Below are positions 47,203 to 58,348 of a stretch of 64,000 bases of DNA, one piece after another. The notes under the pieces were generated by a model. That model was given only the letters and a program-made list of their open reading frames with translations. It was not told where the DNA came from and made no database searches. The position numbers and the translations under genes are program-made. The DNA comes from Alphaproteobacteria bacterium (GTDB lineage: Bacteria > Pseudomonadota > Alphaproteobacteria > SP197), in the NCBI GenBank assembly GCA_964291415.2, contig OZ219918.1, positions 768,001 through 832,000 of the forward strand, read 5' to 3'. Position 1 is the first letter of the stretch. Every line of letters starts with the position of its first letter.

Positions 47203-47963
47203 GCCACGTCGGGCCCGAGCGGGTAGCCGCCTGGCGGATGTTGCCAGCCCAGTCGCTGGCCGCCGTCAAGATGGATGACCTGCCCCGTCACGGACGGCGC
47301 CTGGATGAGGAATCGCAGGGCATCGCAGACTTCGTCCGGGGATGTCCCGCGTCCCATGGGAAAGCCGGCCGTCCAGCGGACCATGGCGGCCTCATCGCTC
47401 TGGTGGTCCGGCAGGGCCATGCCCGGCGCAATTCCATTGACCCTGACAGCCGGGGCGAGTTCCAGGGCCCATGTTCGCGTCATCGCCTCGAGCGCCACCT
47501 TCGAGGCGGTGTAGGACATGTAGCGCGGCGTCGGATTTGTCACGCGCTGGTCAAGCATGTTGATGACGCAGCCTTGTGTCGAGCCAGGCAGCTGTTCGAA
47601 AAAGGCCCGGGTGAGCAGCATGGGCGCGACGAGGTTGGTGCTGATATTGGCATCGATGGTGTCGGGACCTGCGGTGCGCACGCTGTCATCGATGAAGACG
47701 GCCGCGCTGTTGACCAGCAGCGTCACGGGGCCGAGTTCTTCCATGGCCTCCCTCATCACCCTGGCCGGTGTCCGGCAATCGGCGAGATCGCCCCTGATCG
47801 CATGAGCCTTTCCGCCCCTGTCCATGATATCCCGGGCCTCGGCCTGCGCGTCGGCGAACGAATTCCGGGCAGCCAGGGCGACAGGCCATCCGTCGGCCGC
47901 CAGCGCCCTTGCCATGGCAAGACCGAGGCGCCGTCCGGCACCGGTGACAAGGGCGCACCCCAT
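47199..47963 (-). CDS. Pteridine reductase-like SDR (FolM family)
   Basis: TGAGRRLG, INMLDQRV, SYTASK, ALELAPAVRVNGIAPG; next to folB. Confidence 0.85.
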   Translation of the reverse strand: MGCALVTGAGRRLGLAMARALAADGWPVALAARNSFADAQAEARDIMDRGGKAHAIRGDLADCRTPARVMREAMEELGPVTLLVNSAAVFIDDSVRTAGPDTIDANISTNLVAPMLLTRAFFEQLPGSTQGCVINMLDQRVTNPTPRYMSYTASKVALEAMTRTWALELAPAVRVNGIAPGMALPDHQSDEAAMVRWTAGFPMGRGTSPDEVCDALRFLIQAPSVTGQVIHLDGGQRLGWQHPPGGYPLGPDVA

Positions 47964-47972
47964 GAGTTTCCC

Positions 47973-50078
47973 TCAAGGTCCCCTGCGCTTGCGCTGCCGC
48001 CGCCGTGGCTGACGAGCCATGGCGGTCTCGAGTGGAGCGTCGCGAAGTCCGAGGTCGATGGCCTCGAGGCGGCGGATCTCGTCGCGCAGGCGTGCGGCCT
48101 CCTCGAACTCCAGGTTGCTCGCCGCCTCGCGCATGCGCATGCGCAGGTCATCCATGCGTTCCTCGAACGTGTCGCTTGTGTCGAGGCTGTCGCCGGCGAC
48201 TCCGGTGTCGACAGTGACGTGGTCCGCGTCGGCCATGCTCTGGAGCGAGTCGGGGATGCCCTTGCGTATCGATTCGGGCGTGATGCCGTGTTCCACGTTC
48301 CACGCCATCTGCTTGTCGCGCCGGCGTTCGGTTTCGCCGATCGCCCGTTCCAGTGACTCGGTCATGTGGTCGGCATAGAGGATGACCCGCCCGTCCACGT
48401 TGCGTGCCGCCCGTCCGATGGTCTGGATGAGGGAGCGCTCGCTCCTCAGAAAGCCCTCCTTGTCGGCATCGAGAATGGCAACCAGTCCACATTCCGGAAT
48501 GTCGAGCCCCTCGCGCAGGAGATTGATGCCGACCAGGATATCGAAGGCGCCGAGGCGCAGGTCCCTGATGATCTCGATACGCTCGAGGGTGTCGATGTCG
48601 GAGTGGAGATAGCGCACCCGCAGCCCGGCTTCCGCCAGATACTCGGTCAGCGCCTCCGCCATGCGCTTGGTGAGCGTGGTCACGAGAACCCGATGACCCG
48701 CCGCGGTGACCTCGGCGCACTCGGCCATCAGGTCGTCGACCTGGGTTGTCACCGGACGCACGATGCACGGAGGATCGACGAGTCCCGTGGGGCGGATCAC
48801 CTGTTCGGCGAACACGCCTCCCGTTCTCTCGAGTTCCCAGGGCCCCGGTGTCGCCGACACGAAGATCGATTGCGGGCGCATCGCCTCCCACTCCTCGAAC
48901 TTGAGAGGGCGGTTGTCGACGCAGCTCGGCAGGCGGAAACCGTATTCGGCGAGCGTCGACTTGCGGTTGTAGTCCCCCTTGAACATGCCGCCGACCTGAG
49001 GCACCGCAACGTGGCTCTCATCGATGAAGATGATGGCGTTGTCCGGCAGGTACTCCATCAGGGTGGGGGGCGGCTCCCCGGGAGCGCGCCCCGTGAGGTA
49101 CCTGGAGTAGTTCTCGATGCCGGCGCACATGCCGGTCGCCTCCAGCATCTCCAGATCGAAGGTACAGCGCTGTTCCAGCCTCTCGGCCTCGAGGAACCGG
49201 CCGCGTTCACGAAAAAACTGCAGTCGTTCGCCAAGTTCCACGCGGATTGCCCCGACTGCCTGGTGCAGGGTCGGCTTGGGAACGATGTAGTGGCTGTTGG
49301 GATAGACGACGATCTGCTGCATTTCGCCGGCACGCTGTCCGGTGAGGGGATCGAACTCCTCGATGCTCTCGACTTCGTCGCCGAAGAGCGAGATGCGCCA
49401 GGCGCCGTCCTCGAGGTGGCTGGGAAAGACCTCGAGGGAATCGCCGCGCACCCGGAAGGCGCCTCGCTGGAAGGCGGTGTCGTTGCGGGTGTACTGCAGC
49501 TCGACGAGGCGGCGCATGATGGATTCCCGGCGATACTCCATGCCCTGCCTGAGGGACATCGTCATCGCCGAATAGCTTTCGACGTCACCGATGCCGTAGA
49601 TGCACGAGACGCTGGCAACGATGATGGTGTCGGGACGCTCCAGGATCGCCCGGGTTGCCGAGTGGCGCATGCGGTCGATCTGCTCGTTCCTGCTCGACTC
49701 CTTTTCGATGTAGGTGTCGGTCCGCGCCACGTAGGCTTCCGGCTGGTAATAGTCGTAGTAGGAGACGAAGTACTCGACGGCGTTGTCGGGAAAGAAGCTC
49801 CTGAACTCGCTGTAGAGCTGTGCCGCCAGGGTCTTGTTGGGTGCCAGCACCAGCGCCGGACGTCCCATGCGCTCGATCACCTGGGCCATGGTGTAGGTCT
49901 TGCCGGACCCGGTGACGCCGAGCAGCACCTGGTCGCGCTCCCCGGCAACGAGTCCGTCCACGAGTTCCCGGATCGCATCCGGTTGATCCCCCGCCGGCTC
50001 GAAATCCGCAACCAGGCGGAAGAGTGACGGCGTCACGGGAGCAAAGGGACTGTCTTGTTGAACGGGTGCCAGCGTCAT
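47973..50078 (-). CDS. uvrB: Excinuclease ABC subunit B
   Basis: [61 protein letters not shown]-terminal UVR domain. Confidence 0.98.
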   Translation of the reverse strand: MTLAPVQQDSPFAPVTPSLFRLVADFEPAGDQPDAIRELVDGLVAGERDQVLLGVTGSGKTYTMAQVIERMGRPALVLAPNKTLAAQLYSEFRSFFPDNAVEYFVSYYDYYQPEAYVARTDTYIEKESSRNEQIDRMRHSATRAILERPDTIIVASVSCIYGIGDVESYSAMTMSLRQGMEYRRESIMRRLVELQYTRNDTAFQRGAFRVRGDSLEVFPSHLEDGAWRISLFGDEVESIEEFDPLTGQRAGEMQQIVVYPNSHYIVPKPTLHQAVGAIRVELGERLQFFRERGRFLEAERLEQRCTFDLEMLEATGMCAGIENYSRYLTGRAPGEPPPTLMEYLPDNAIIFIDESHVAVPQVGGMFKGDYNRKSTLAEYGFRLPSCVDNRPLKFEEWEAMRPQSIFVSATPGPWELERTGGVFAEQVIRPTGLVDPPCIVRPVTTQVDDLMAECAEVTAAGHRVLVTTLTKRMAEALTEYLAEAGLRVRYLHSDIDTLERIEIIRDLRLGAFDILVGINLLREGLDIPECGLVAILDADKEGFLRSERSLIQTIGRAARNVDGRVILYADHMTESLERAIGETERRRDKQMAWNVEHGITPESIRKGIPDSLQSMADADHVTVDTGVAGDSLDTSDTFEERMDDLRMRMREAASNLEFEEAARLRDEIRRLEAIDLGLRDAPLETAMARQPRRRQRKRRGP

Positions 50079-50222
50079 GGGCACAACCTACACGAGGTCG
50101 ATGTGGCGTGACAGATCGCGCTTGCCTTCGGGGCCGTCGTTTCATGTGCCGAGTTTCAAAACGCTGCGGTTTTTGCTACCGACTTGCGGTGGCGGCATGT
50201 GACGGCGGAGGCTCTTGCACCG

Positions 50223-51305
<1,083 letters not shown>

Positions 51306-51310
51306 AGAAA

Positions 51311-51365
51311 CTGTCAAGATGGTGGCAGGAACCGTCAATCGTCACCTCGGCTTCCACGCCATAAT
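51311..51365 (+). promoter_or_regulatory. Candidate AraC/GlxA activator site and -10 box of the first Asp-box gene
   Basis: CTGTCA-N14-ACCGTCAAT (half-sites 21 bp apart), then CATAAT at 51360. The same motif recurs at 63096-63124. Confidence 0.45.
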
Positions 51366-51448
51366 GGGCGAGGGGTTCAGCACCCTGCACGCTCCGACCG
51401 GCACTGCGCGCCACAACAGGGTCGGGCGAAGAACCCGGGAGGGAAGAC

Positions 51449-52600
51449 ATGGTGACGCCAGGCGGCCTTGAGACGAACATCATTTTCGGCCATCCGGAAC
51501 ACTGCGTGAACCAGATCGCGATGCGGTGCCTGAAGAACGGCGACCTCCTCGCGGTGTTCAACGAAGAGCGATATCCCTATCACCATGACAGCGGCCAGAC
51601 CCTGATCTCCCGATCGAAGGACGGCGGGAGGTCGTGGTCCGAGCCCAGGGTCGTGGTGCCGTGGACGGAGACCGAAGGCAACTGGGATTGCGGGATCTGC
51701 GAACTTCACGACGGAACCCTGATTGTGAACTTCACGGTTGCCGGCTTCTTCCGGCGCGGAGTGAGGCCCGAAGGTGTCTCCTGGGCGAGCCATCCCAGTG
51801 GCAGGGAATGGGGCGACTGGACCTGGTCCCGTCATACCCGGGGTTGTCTGGGCACCTACGTGGTGCGGTCCGGCGACGGCGGCGAGACCTGGTCGAGACC
51901 GATTCCCGTCAACATACGCCCGCTCAAGCACGGCGGCTGTCGACTGGGTTGCTGGCAACTCCCCGGCGGCGAACTCCTGCTTGGCCTCTATGGCCGCATT
52001 CGCGGCTACGAAGAGAGCGGCGAATACGAATCGACCCGGTCCGCGTTGATGCGATCCGATGATGGTGGATTCAACTGGGAGTACTTCTCGACGCTTGCCT
52101 TCGATCCCGCCAGCATCATCGACTACGAGGAACCGGCACTGCTTCGCCTGGACGACGGCCGGCTCGTCTGTTTCCTGAGGACACATAACCGGCCCAGCGA
52201 GGACGCAAGGAACATGGTCGTGGTCGTTTCCGACGACGACGGCTATACATGGTCAGCACCGAAGTGGACAAACATCTGGGGCTATCCGGCGGATGCCGTT
52301 GCGCTTCATGACGGGCGATACCTGTGCGTCTACGGATACCGGCGTCCGCCTTACGGGACCTTCGGATGTCTCTCCGAGGATGGGGTCACCTGGGACAAGA
52401 AGAACGAATTCATCATCAGGGAGGGCGGTGTTCCTGATCGTCCCGGCACCATAGACTGGAACAATCCAGGCGAGTTTCAGCACATCGGCTACCCGACGGT
52501 GGCACAGCTTCCCGATGGAACGGTCGTCGCCGCATACCACGAGTGGAACGACGCACCCATGCCCCTCCAGCACTGCCTCGCGACCCGCTTCACTCTCTGA
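51449..52600 (+). CDS. Asp-box (BNR repeat) sialidase-fold protein, paralog 1, no signal peptide
   Basis: Asp boxes SKDGGRSW, SGDGGETW, SDDGGFNW, SDDDGYTW and SEDGVTW; C-terminal IGYPTVAQL. Confidence 0.85.
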   Translation: MVTPGGLETNIIFGHPEHCVNQIAMRCLKNGDLLAVFNEERYPYHHDSGQTLISRSKDGGRSWSEPRVVVPWTETEGNWDCGICELHDGTLIVNFTVAGFFRRGVRPEGVSWASHPSGREWGDWTWSRHTRGCLGTYVVRSGDGGETWSRPIPVNIRPLKHGGCRLGCWQLPGGELLLGLYGRIRGYEESGEYESTRSALMRSDDGGFNWEYFSTLAFDPASIIDYEEPALLRLDDGRLVCFLRTHNRPSEDARNMVVVVSDDDGYTWSAPKWTNIWGYPADAVALHDGRYLCVYGYRRPPYGTFGCLSEDGVTWDKKNEFIIREGGVPDRPGTIDWNNPGEFQHIGYPTVAQLPDGTVVAAYHEWNDAPMPLQHCLATRFTL

Positions 52601-52820
52601 AGGCGGCTGCGAGCCGACTTCACACGACCCCCGTGCCTTCGCCCCCTCTCCATGCGCGTGACCAGGCGTGTCCGACCTTGCTCCGCAGGCGTGGACGGAA
52701 GAGGTTTCTTCGCCCTATGCTGAACTGCTCATACCTGCCGTTTTGGCCTGCAATGATCGAGTCGGATGTGATCGCCGTCACAAGGAAGATGCGGCCCCGT
52801 GCAGGGTGCGGCCCAATCTG

Positions 52821-53864
52821 ATGGACCTGCCGGAACTGACCATTGCCTCGCAGTCCGACGGCAACCCCGACCGGGTATGCTTCGGGTTCCTCCTGCTCCC
52901 AGAGTTCCCACTCTACGGCCTGGTCCCGGCCATCGAGGCCCTGCGCATCGCAAATCAGAACAACGGAAGGAAGATCTACGACTGGCAGCTGATCTCCGAA
53001 TCAGGTGGACCGGTCAAAGCCGGAAACGGCGTGTCGCTGAATGTGGACACCACCATCACGAACGCCGGTTCGCTGCCTATCGTCCTGGTTTTCGGCGGCA
53101 ATCACCCGACGCGGCATCTGTCCAAGAAAGTGCTGAACTGGCTGCGCCGACTGGGCCGCCATGGCAGCGTCGTCGGAGGGATCGACACCGGGGCCTTCGC
53201 CCTGGCGGAAGCCGGCCTTCTGCAAGGGCGGCGCGCCACCTTGCACTGGGAATCGTTCTTCACGTTCAGGGAACTCTACCCTGACATCGAAGTGATCGAA
53301 CAACTCTACAGCATCGACCGCGGCCGCATCACCTGTGCGGGCGGTCACGCCACGCTCGACATGATGCTGGGCATCATCAGCGAGCTCAATGGCGCGGCCC
53401 TCGCGCAGGTCGTCGCCAACGCCTTCGTGGCCCACCGGCAACGCGACAGCGACGAGCCCCAGAGGCTGGATCCTTGGCCCCCGCACCAGGACGGCAAGTC
53501 GCCCCTGAACAGGGTGTTGCAGGGCATGGAAGAGAACATCCAGACTCCGCTGTCGGCCGGCGCCCTTGCCGATCGAGCGGGAGTCTCCGTTCGTGCCCTC
53601 AACCGCCTCGTTCACGAGAGCCTTGGCGATGCGCCGATGAGCTACTATCGCAAGGTGCGGCTGCAGGCTGCCCGCAGAATGCTGTTCTACAGCGATCTGG
53701 CGATTCGCGATGTTGCCTTCGCTTGCGGATTCGGCTCCCCGGAAGTGTTTTCACGGTGTTTCAAGGCCCACTTCGGTGTATCACCGCGCGAGTACCGGCG
53801 CCGGACAAGCAGCCACCAACTCGAGAGGTACCGGCCGGAGCTCCGGCAGGAATTGACGTTCTGA
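52821..53864 (+). CDS. GlxA/FtrA-family AraC transcriptional regulator
   Basis: DJ-1-like N-domain (IEALRIAN, GGIDTGAFALAEAGLL, ATLHWE, TCAGG) and AraC HTH (VAFACGF.S..FSRCFKAHFG.SP). Confidence 0.92.
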   Translation: MDLPELTIASQSDGNPDRVCFGFLLLPEFPLYGLVPAIEALRIANQNNGRKIYDWQLISESGGPVKAGNGVSLNVDTTITNAGSLPIVLVFGGNHPTRHLSKKVLNWLRRLGRHGSVVGGIDTGAFALAEAGLLQGRRATLHWESFFTFRELYPDIEVIEQLYSIDRGRITCAGGHATLDMMLGIISELNGAALAQVVANAFVAHRQRDSDEPQRLDPWPPHQDGKSPLNRVLQGMEENIQTPLSAGALADRAGVSVRALNRLVHESLGDAPMSYYRKVRLQAARRMLFYSDLAIRDVAFACGFGSPEVFSRCFKAHFGVSPREYRRRTSSHQLERYRPELRQELTF

Positions 53865-53963
53865 CGGACCTTCCGCGTTCCGGGTGTTTTCGCGAGGCGG
53901 GAAGACATCGTCGCTTCAGGCATGTCACCGGTGATCGTGTTCTGGACTGAACGGGAGAAAGCT

Positions 53964-54926
53964 GTGTCGGTCAGAGGTTTGAGAGAGGATCTTGAGGGTT
54001 GCTATGTCACCATTCCCACGCCATTTGCGGATACTCCCGGAATGGAAATCAACGAACCCGCGCTCAGGGAGCACGTCCGGTTCCTCGTCGATTCCGGGTT
54101 GAGCGGCGATTACGCCACGTTTCTTGCCGGCGGTGCGGCCGGCGACTTCTCGACCATGACTTTCGATGAACGTGTCCGCGTGGCAACGATCGTCGTCGAG
54201 GAAGTGGATGGAGCGGCACCGGTCGCGATGGGAGCCCAGACGACATCGACGCTCGAACTCGTGCGCCTTGCCAGGGCCGCCAAGGCGCTCGGTGCCCGGT
54301 TCATCCAGGTCTCATGCCCATTCTACTTCACCCATACCGAGGGCGATTTCGAGGACTATGTCCGCGCCGCTGCCGCTGCCGAGCCAGACCTTGGCATTAT
54401 TGTCTACAACACATTCTGGACCAGCCAGAATCTCTCCTTTGCGATGATCGAACGGTTGGCGGGGATTCCGAACATCGTCGGTCTCAAATGGGCGACCCCG
54501 CGCTCCGATTCGATGGAGTTCGAGAGCGTCGTCTCGACGTTTTCCGACCGATTCACCATCATCGACAACAACCTCCTGTTCTCGATGAGCGCGATGCCGG
54601 CACTCGGCGCCCGCGCCTTTGAGGTCCATCACTGCAACTTCTGGCCGGAGTGGGGTACCAGGCTGATCGATGCAGTCAACGCGTGCAACTACGCGGAAAT
54701 CGCCCGCATGCTCGTGGAGGAGGCGATGCCCTTCTACAAGCTCTGGGTCGAGATCGAGAATGACTACACCAGCGGTGACGGATACCTCGACAAGCTGTGC
54801 ATGGAGCTCGTCGGCCTTCCTTCAAGCCGCTGCCGTCCACCGACAAGGGATATCCGCGAGCTCTACAGGGACCGCTGCCACGCGATGATGAAGTCCATCG
54901 GGGTGCCACGGCTCGTTCAGGCATGA
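53964..54926 (+). CDS. DapA/NAL-family aldolase-like protein (non-canonical)
   Basis: TIPTPF, GGAAGDF in place of GTTGE, IVYNT, Schiff-base Lys in VGLKWAT. GTG 53964 after GGGAG. Confidence 0.82.
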   Translation: MSVRGLREDLEGCYVTIPTPFADTPGMEINEPALREHVRFLVDSGLSGDYATFLAGGAAGDFSTMTFDERVRVATIVVEEVDGAAPVAMGAQTTSTLELVRLARAAKALGARFIQVSCPFYFTHTEGDFEDYVRAAAAAEPDLGIIVYNTFWTSQNLSFAMIERLAGIPNIVGLKWATPRSDSMEFESVVSTFSDRFTIIDNNLLFSMSAMPALGARAFEVHHCNFWPEWGTRLIDAVNACNYAEIARMLVEEAMPFYKLWVEIENDYTSGDGYLDKLCMELVGLPSSRCRPPTRDIRELYRDRCHAMMKSIGVPRLVQA

Positions 54927-54981
54927 CAGCCGGGCACGGTTCACAATTGCGCCGGCGCAACAGGCGGGAAGGGAGCAGACC

Positions 54982-56190
54982 GTGTCGCCGATCCGGAACC
55001 TGACGTACCACGATATCTTCCGACACCCGGAACATTGCGTGAACCAGATTGCGCAACGCACGCTCAGGAGCGGAGATATCCTGGCGGTCTTCAACGAGGA
55101 ACGGTTTCCGTTTCATCACGACAGCGGTCAGACCCTGATGACGCGATCCCGGGATGGAGGACTGACATGGTCCACACCTCGCATCATCGTTCCCTGGACT
55201 GCGACCCAGGGGAACTGGGATTGCGGCATCTGCGAGTTGGGCGACGGAACGCTGATCGTGAATTTCACGATGACGGGGTTCTTCAAGCGCGGAATGAAGG
55301 CCGAAAGCCCGTCATGGAGTTCCTTCCCGCTCACCGATGAATGGGGGGACTGGACCTGGTCTTTCAAGACCCAGGCATGGCTTGGCACATTCGTGATTCG
55401 CTCGAGGGACGGTGGCGACACATGGACCGAACCGATCCCCGTCAACATCCGCCCGATGAAACACGGCGGCTGCCGGCTCGGCGCCTGGGAACTGCCGGAC
55501 GGCGGCCTCATTCTGGCGCTCTACGGCCGGATGCGTGAGTACTCCGAGGATGGCACCGGCGAGACCAACCGCTGCTTCCTCGTTCGTTCCGACGATGGCG
55601 GCGACAACTGGGACTACTACGGTACGCTGGCCTATGATCCCAACAACATCATTGACTACGAGGAAGCCGGGATCGTTCGCCTGGACGACGGGCGCCTGGT
55701 GTCGTTCATGCGCACCCACCTGCAGCCCAGTCAGGACACCAAGTGCATGATCATGGTGGTCTCCGAGGATGACGGCTTCACGTGGTCGCAGCCGAAATGG
55801 ACCAGGATCTGGGGATATCCTCCCGAACTCATCCGGCTTCAGGACGGACGTTACCTGCTGGTCTACGGCTATCGCCGGCCGTCCTACGGAGTTCGCGGCA
55901 TCATTTCCGACAACGGGATTGACTGGGATGTGGCGAACGAGTTCGTGATCAGCGAAGGCGGTATTCCGGCGACCTCGCACGAGGCGAAGCCGTCCTCAAG
56001 CCGCGTCGTCCCGGCGGCGGGAATCTATGACGAGGGGGCGGTCAACTACTTCCACCCGGGCCTTTACCAGCACATCGGATACCCCACGGTGGCCCAGGCG
56101 GCCGATGGCACCGTGGTCTGTTCGTATCATGAGTGGAGCAGGGACGAGAGGCCTCTGCAAATCCTGAAGTGCGCACGGTTCGAAGTCTGA
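54982..56190 (+). CDS. Asp-box (BNR repeat) sialidase-fold protein, paralog 2, no signal peptide
   Basis: Asp boxes SRDGGLTW, SRDGGDTW, SDDGGDNW, SEDDGFTW and SDNGIDW; long blocks identical to 51449-52600. Confidence 0.85.
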   Translation: MSPIRNLTYHDIFRHPEHCVNQIAQRTLRSGDILAVFNEERFPFHHDSGQTLMTRSRDGGLTWSTPRIIVPWTATQGNWDCGICELGDGTLIVNFTMTGFFKRGMKAESPSWSSFPLTDEWGDWTWSFKTQAWLGTFVIRSRDGGDTWTEPIPVNIRPMKHGGCRLGAWELPDGGLILALYGRMREYSEDGTGETNRCFLVRSDDGGDNWDYYGTLAYDPNNIIDYEEAGIVRLDDGRLVSFMRTHLQPSQDTKCMIMVVSEDDGFTWSQPKWTRIWGYPPELIRLQDGRYLLVYGYRRPSYGVRGIISDNGIDWDVANEFVISEGGIPATSHEAKPSSSRVVPAAGIYDEGAVNYFHPGLYQHIGYPTVAQAADGTVVCSYHEWSRDERPLQILKCARFEV

Positions 56191-56223
56191 ACCGCTCCTG
56201 CGCCTGGCCCCGGAAACCGGACG

Positions 56224-57132
56224 ATGGATATCGCGGTCTGCATCGAACTTGATCGTGAGGAACGACGAAGGCTCGTCCGTGGTGTCGGGGACTGGCCGGT
56301 CACCTTCAGCCAGGCTGCGGAGCCCTGCACCGCGGCCATCATGTTCGGCAATCCGGTGCCCGATGTCGTTGCGGCGAATTCCGGTCTGCGGTGGCTGCAA
56401 CTTGAATCGGTCGGTTTCGGTGAATACGCCGGCCTCGACTGGTCGCGTTCCGGCCGATCGGTGCAGGTGACCAACCTCGCCGGGTTCTTTGCGGATCCGG
56501 TGGCAGAAACGGCCCTTGCCGGCATTCTCTCCCTGGGCCGGGGTGTTGATCGCCTTGTGGCGTTGCGCAAGCGTCGGGAGTGGGTGGGTGACCCGGTTCG
56601 TGGCGGCCTGCGATTGTTGCGTGGTTCGCATGTTGTCCTCTTCGGACGCGGGACGATCAACTCGCGGCTGGCGGAGCTCCTGAAACCGTTTCGCTGCCGC
56701 ATCACGATCTTCGGCCGCGACTGGACGCCCGATGCGCTCGACAACGCACTGTCGACGGCCGATGTCGTCGTGGCGACGGTGCCGCATACGCCCGAGACAA
56801 TCGGACTGTTTGACGCGGACCGCCTGTCACGCATCAAGTCGGGCGCGGTGTTCTGCAATCTGGGCCGGGGATCCCTCGTCGATGAAGAAGCCCTGGCGAC
56901 GGCGCTGGCGCACGAGCACCTGGGCGGCGCCGTGATCGACGTCACGCGCGACGAGCCACTGCCCCGAGGCCATGTGTTCTGGACGGCGCCCAACGTCATC
57001 CTTACCCAGCATTCGGGTGGAGGCAGCAGCGACGAGATTGACAGGAAGATCGACCACTTTCTCGAGAATCTCGCCCGGTTTCGCAGCGGAACGCCTCTCG
57101 TCGGCATGGTCGACTTCGAGCGGGGATACTGA
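56224..57132 (+). CDS. D-isomer-specific 2-hydroxyacid dehydrogenase
   Basis: FGRGTI, PHTPET.GL, NLGRG, IDV...EPL, TQHSGG. Confidence 0.88.
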   Translation: MDIAVCIELDREERRRLVRGVGDWPVTFSQAAEPCTAAIMFGNPVPDVVAANSGLRWLQLESVGFGEYAGLDWSRSGRSVQVTNLAGFFADPVAETALAGILSLGRGVDRLVALRKRREWVGDPVRGGLRLLRGSHVVLFGRGTINSRLAELLKPFRCRITIFGRDWTPDALDNALSTADVVVATVPHTPETIGLFDADRLSRIKSGAVFCNLGRGSLVDEEALATALAHEHLGGAVIDVTRDEPLPRGHVFWTAPNVILTQHSGGGSSDEIDRKIDHFLENLARFRSGTPLVGMVDFERGY

Positions 57133-58329
57133 TGCCGCGAATCACGCATTGCCGTTGTCTGCTCCTCACATCGCCCTATGCCGATGCCGATGATCCCGAG
57201 ATCAAGGAGTGCTTTCCCAATGGTCCCAGGCGCACCATCGGAATGGTCGAGGTGACGCTCGAGAATGGCGTGACGGGACTCGGCGAGGGATACCTTGCGG
57301 TGTTCGCGCCGAAGGTCTTCCGGTCGATCGTCGAACTCTGCATCCCCCAGGTTCTGGGCAAGGACGCCTTCGACATCTCCGGCCGGGTTCGCGACCTGCG
57401 CTCGCTCTGCGATTACTGGTCGCTCCAGGGGGCCGCCCGCCATGTCATTTCCGCCTTCGAAATCGCGTTGCAGGACGCGAAGGGCAAGTCGCTGGGCAAG
57501 CCGGTCTATGATCTTCTCGGCGGTGCCAGGGCCGATGCGATCCGGATATACGGCTCCGGCGGTTGCTGCGATCGCAAGGATCAGTTTCTGCGCGAACTCG
57601 ACCTGCTCGAATCTCTCGGAATCTCCGCCTACAAGATCCGCGCGGTCAAGGGCGACATACGGCGTACCTGCTGGGTGCTCGACGAGGCCCGCCGGAGGGG
57701 TATCGAGGTGGGGGTCGACATGTGCCAGAATCTTGCCGACCCGCCCCAGGCGGTTGACGACGTCGTGGCCTATGTCGATGCGGTTCACGCCCGGACAGAC
57801 GCCAGGATGATCTTTGTCGAGGAAGCGCTGGGCCCGGAGTGTGTCGAAGAATACCGCGAACTGAAGGGCCCGTACGGACGTCCCGGTCTGTGGCGGCGAG
57901 ATCATCACCACGCCCTGGGACATGATCCGGCGCATCAACGACGACGTCTATGACTTTGTCCAGCCCGACGCCTCGGTGATTGGCGGCATCTCGGCGGTGA
58001 TGGATATCTTCCATGCCGCGCGCGAGAGAAAAACGGATGTCGTCGTCCATGCCTGGGGAGGAGCGGTGGCAATCATGGCGAGCTACCATGCGGCGTTTGC
58101 CGGTGGTGGCAGCCTCGTCGAGTACCCCATGCTGGACTTTCCGCTGGCGCGCGAGATGATGGGCGATGAGGGGCATATCCGGGACGGCCAGCTTCTTCGT
58201 TCCACCGCAGCCGGACTCGGGCTCACCCTGACTCCCGAGATGGAAGCGCGCTATCCCTTTGACGAGACGGCGGTCTATTCCTGTGCGTTGCTCGACTACG
58301 GCCCGCCACCCGACAGTTACTGGGAGTGA
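57132..58329 (+). pseudogene. Mandelate racemase/muconate lactonizing (enolase superfamily) enzyme with an apparent +1 frameshift at 57866-57868
   Basis: GLGE, ISAFEIALQD..GK.LGKPVYDLLGG, YKIR, VD, FVEE. Removing one G restores KARTDVPVCGGE...VQPD...GGI...HAWG...VEY...GLG, giving 398 aa. May be a sequencing error in an intact gene. Confidence 0.8.
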
Positions 58330-58348
58330 GCGGAACCCTTCCGCCGCA

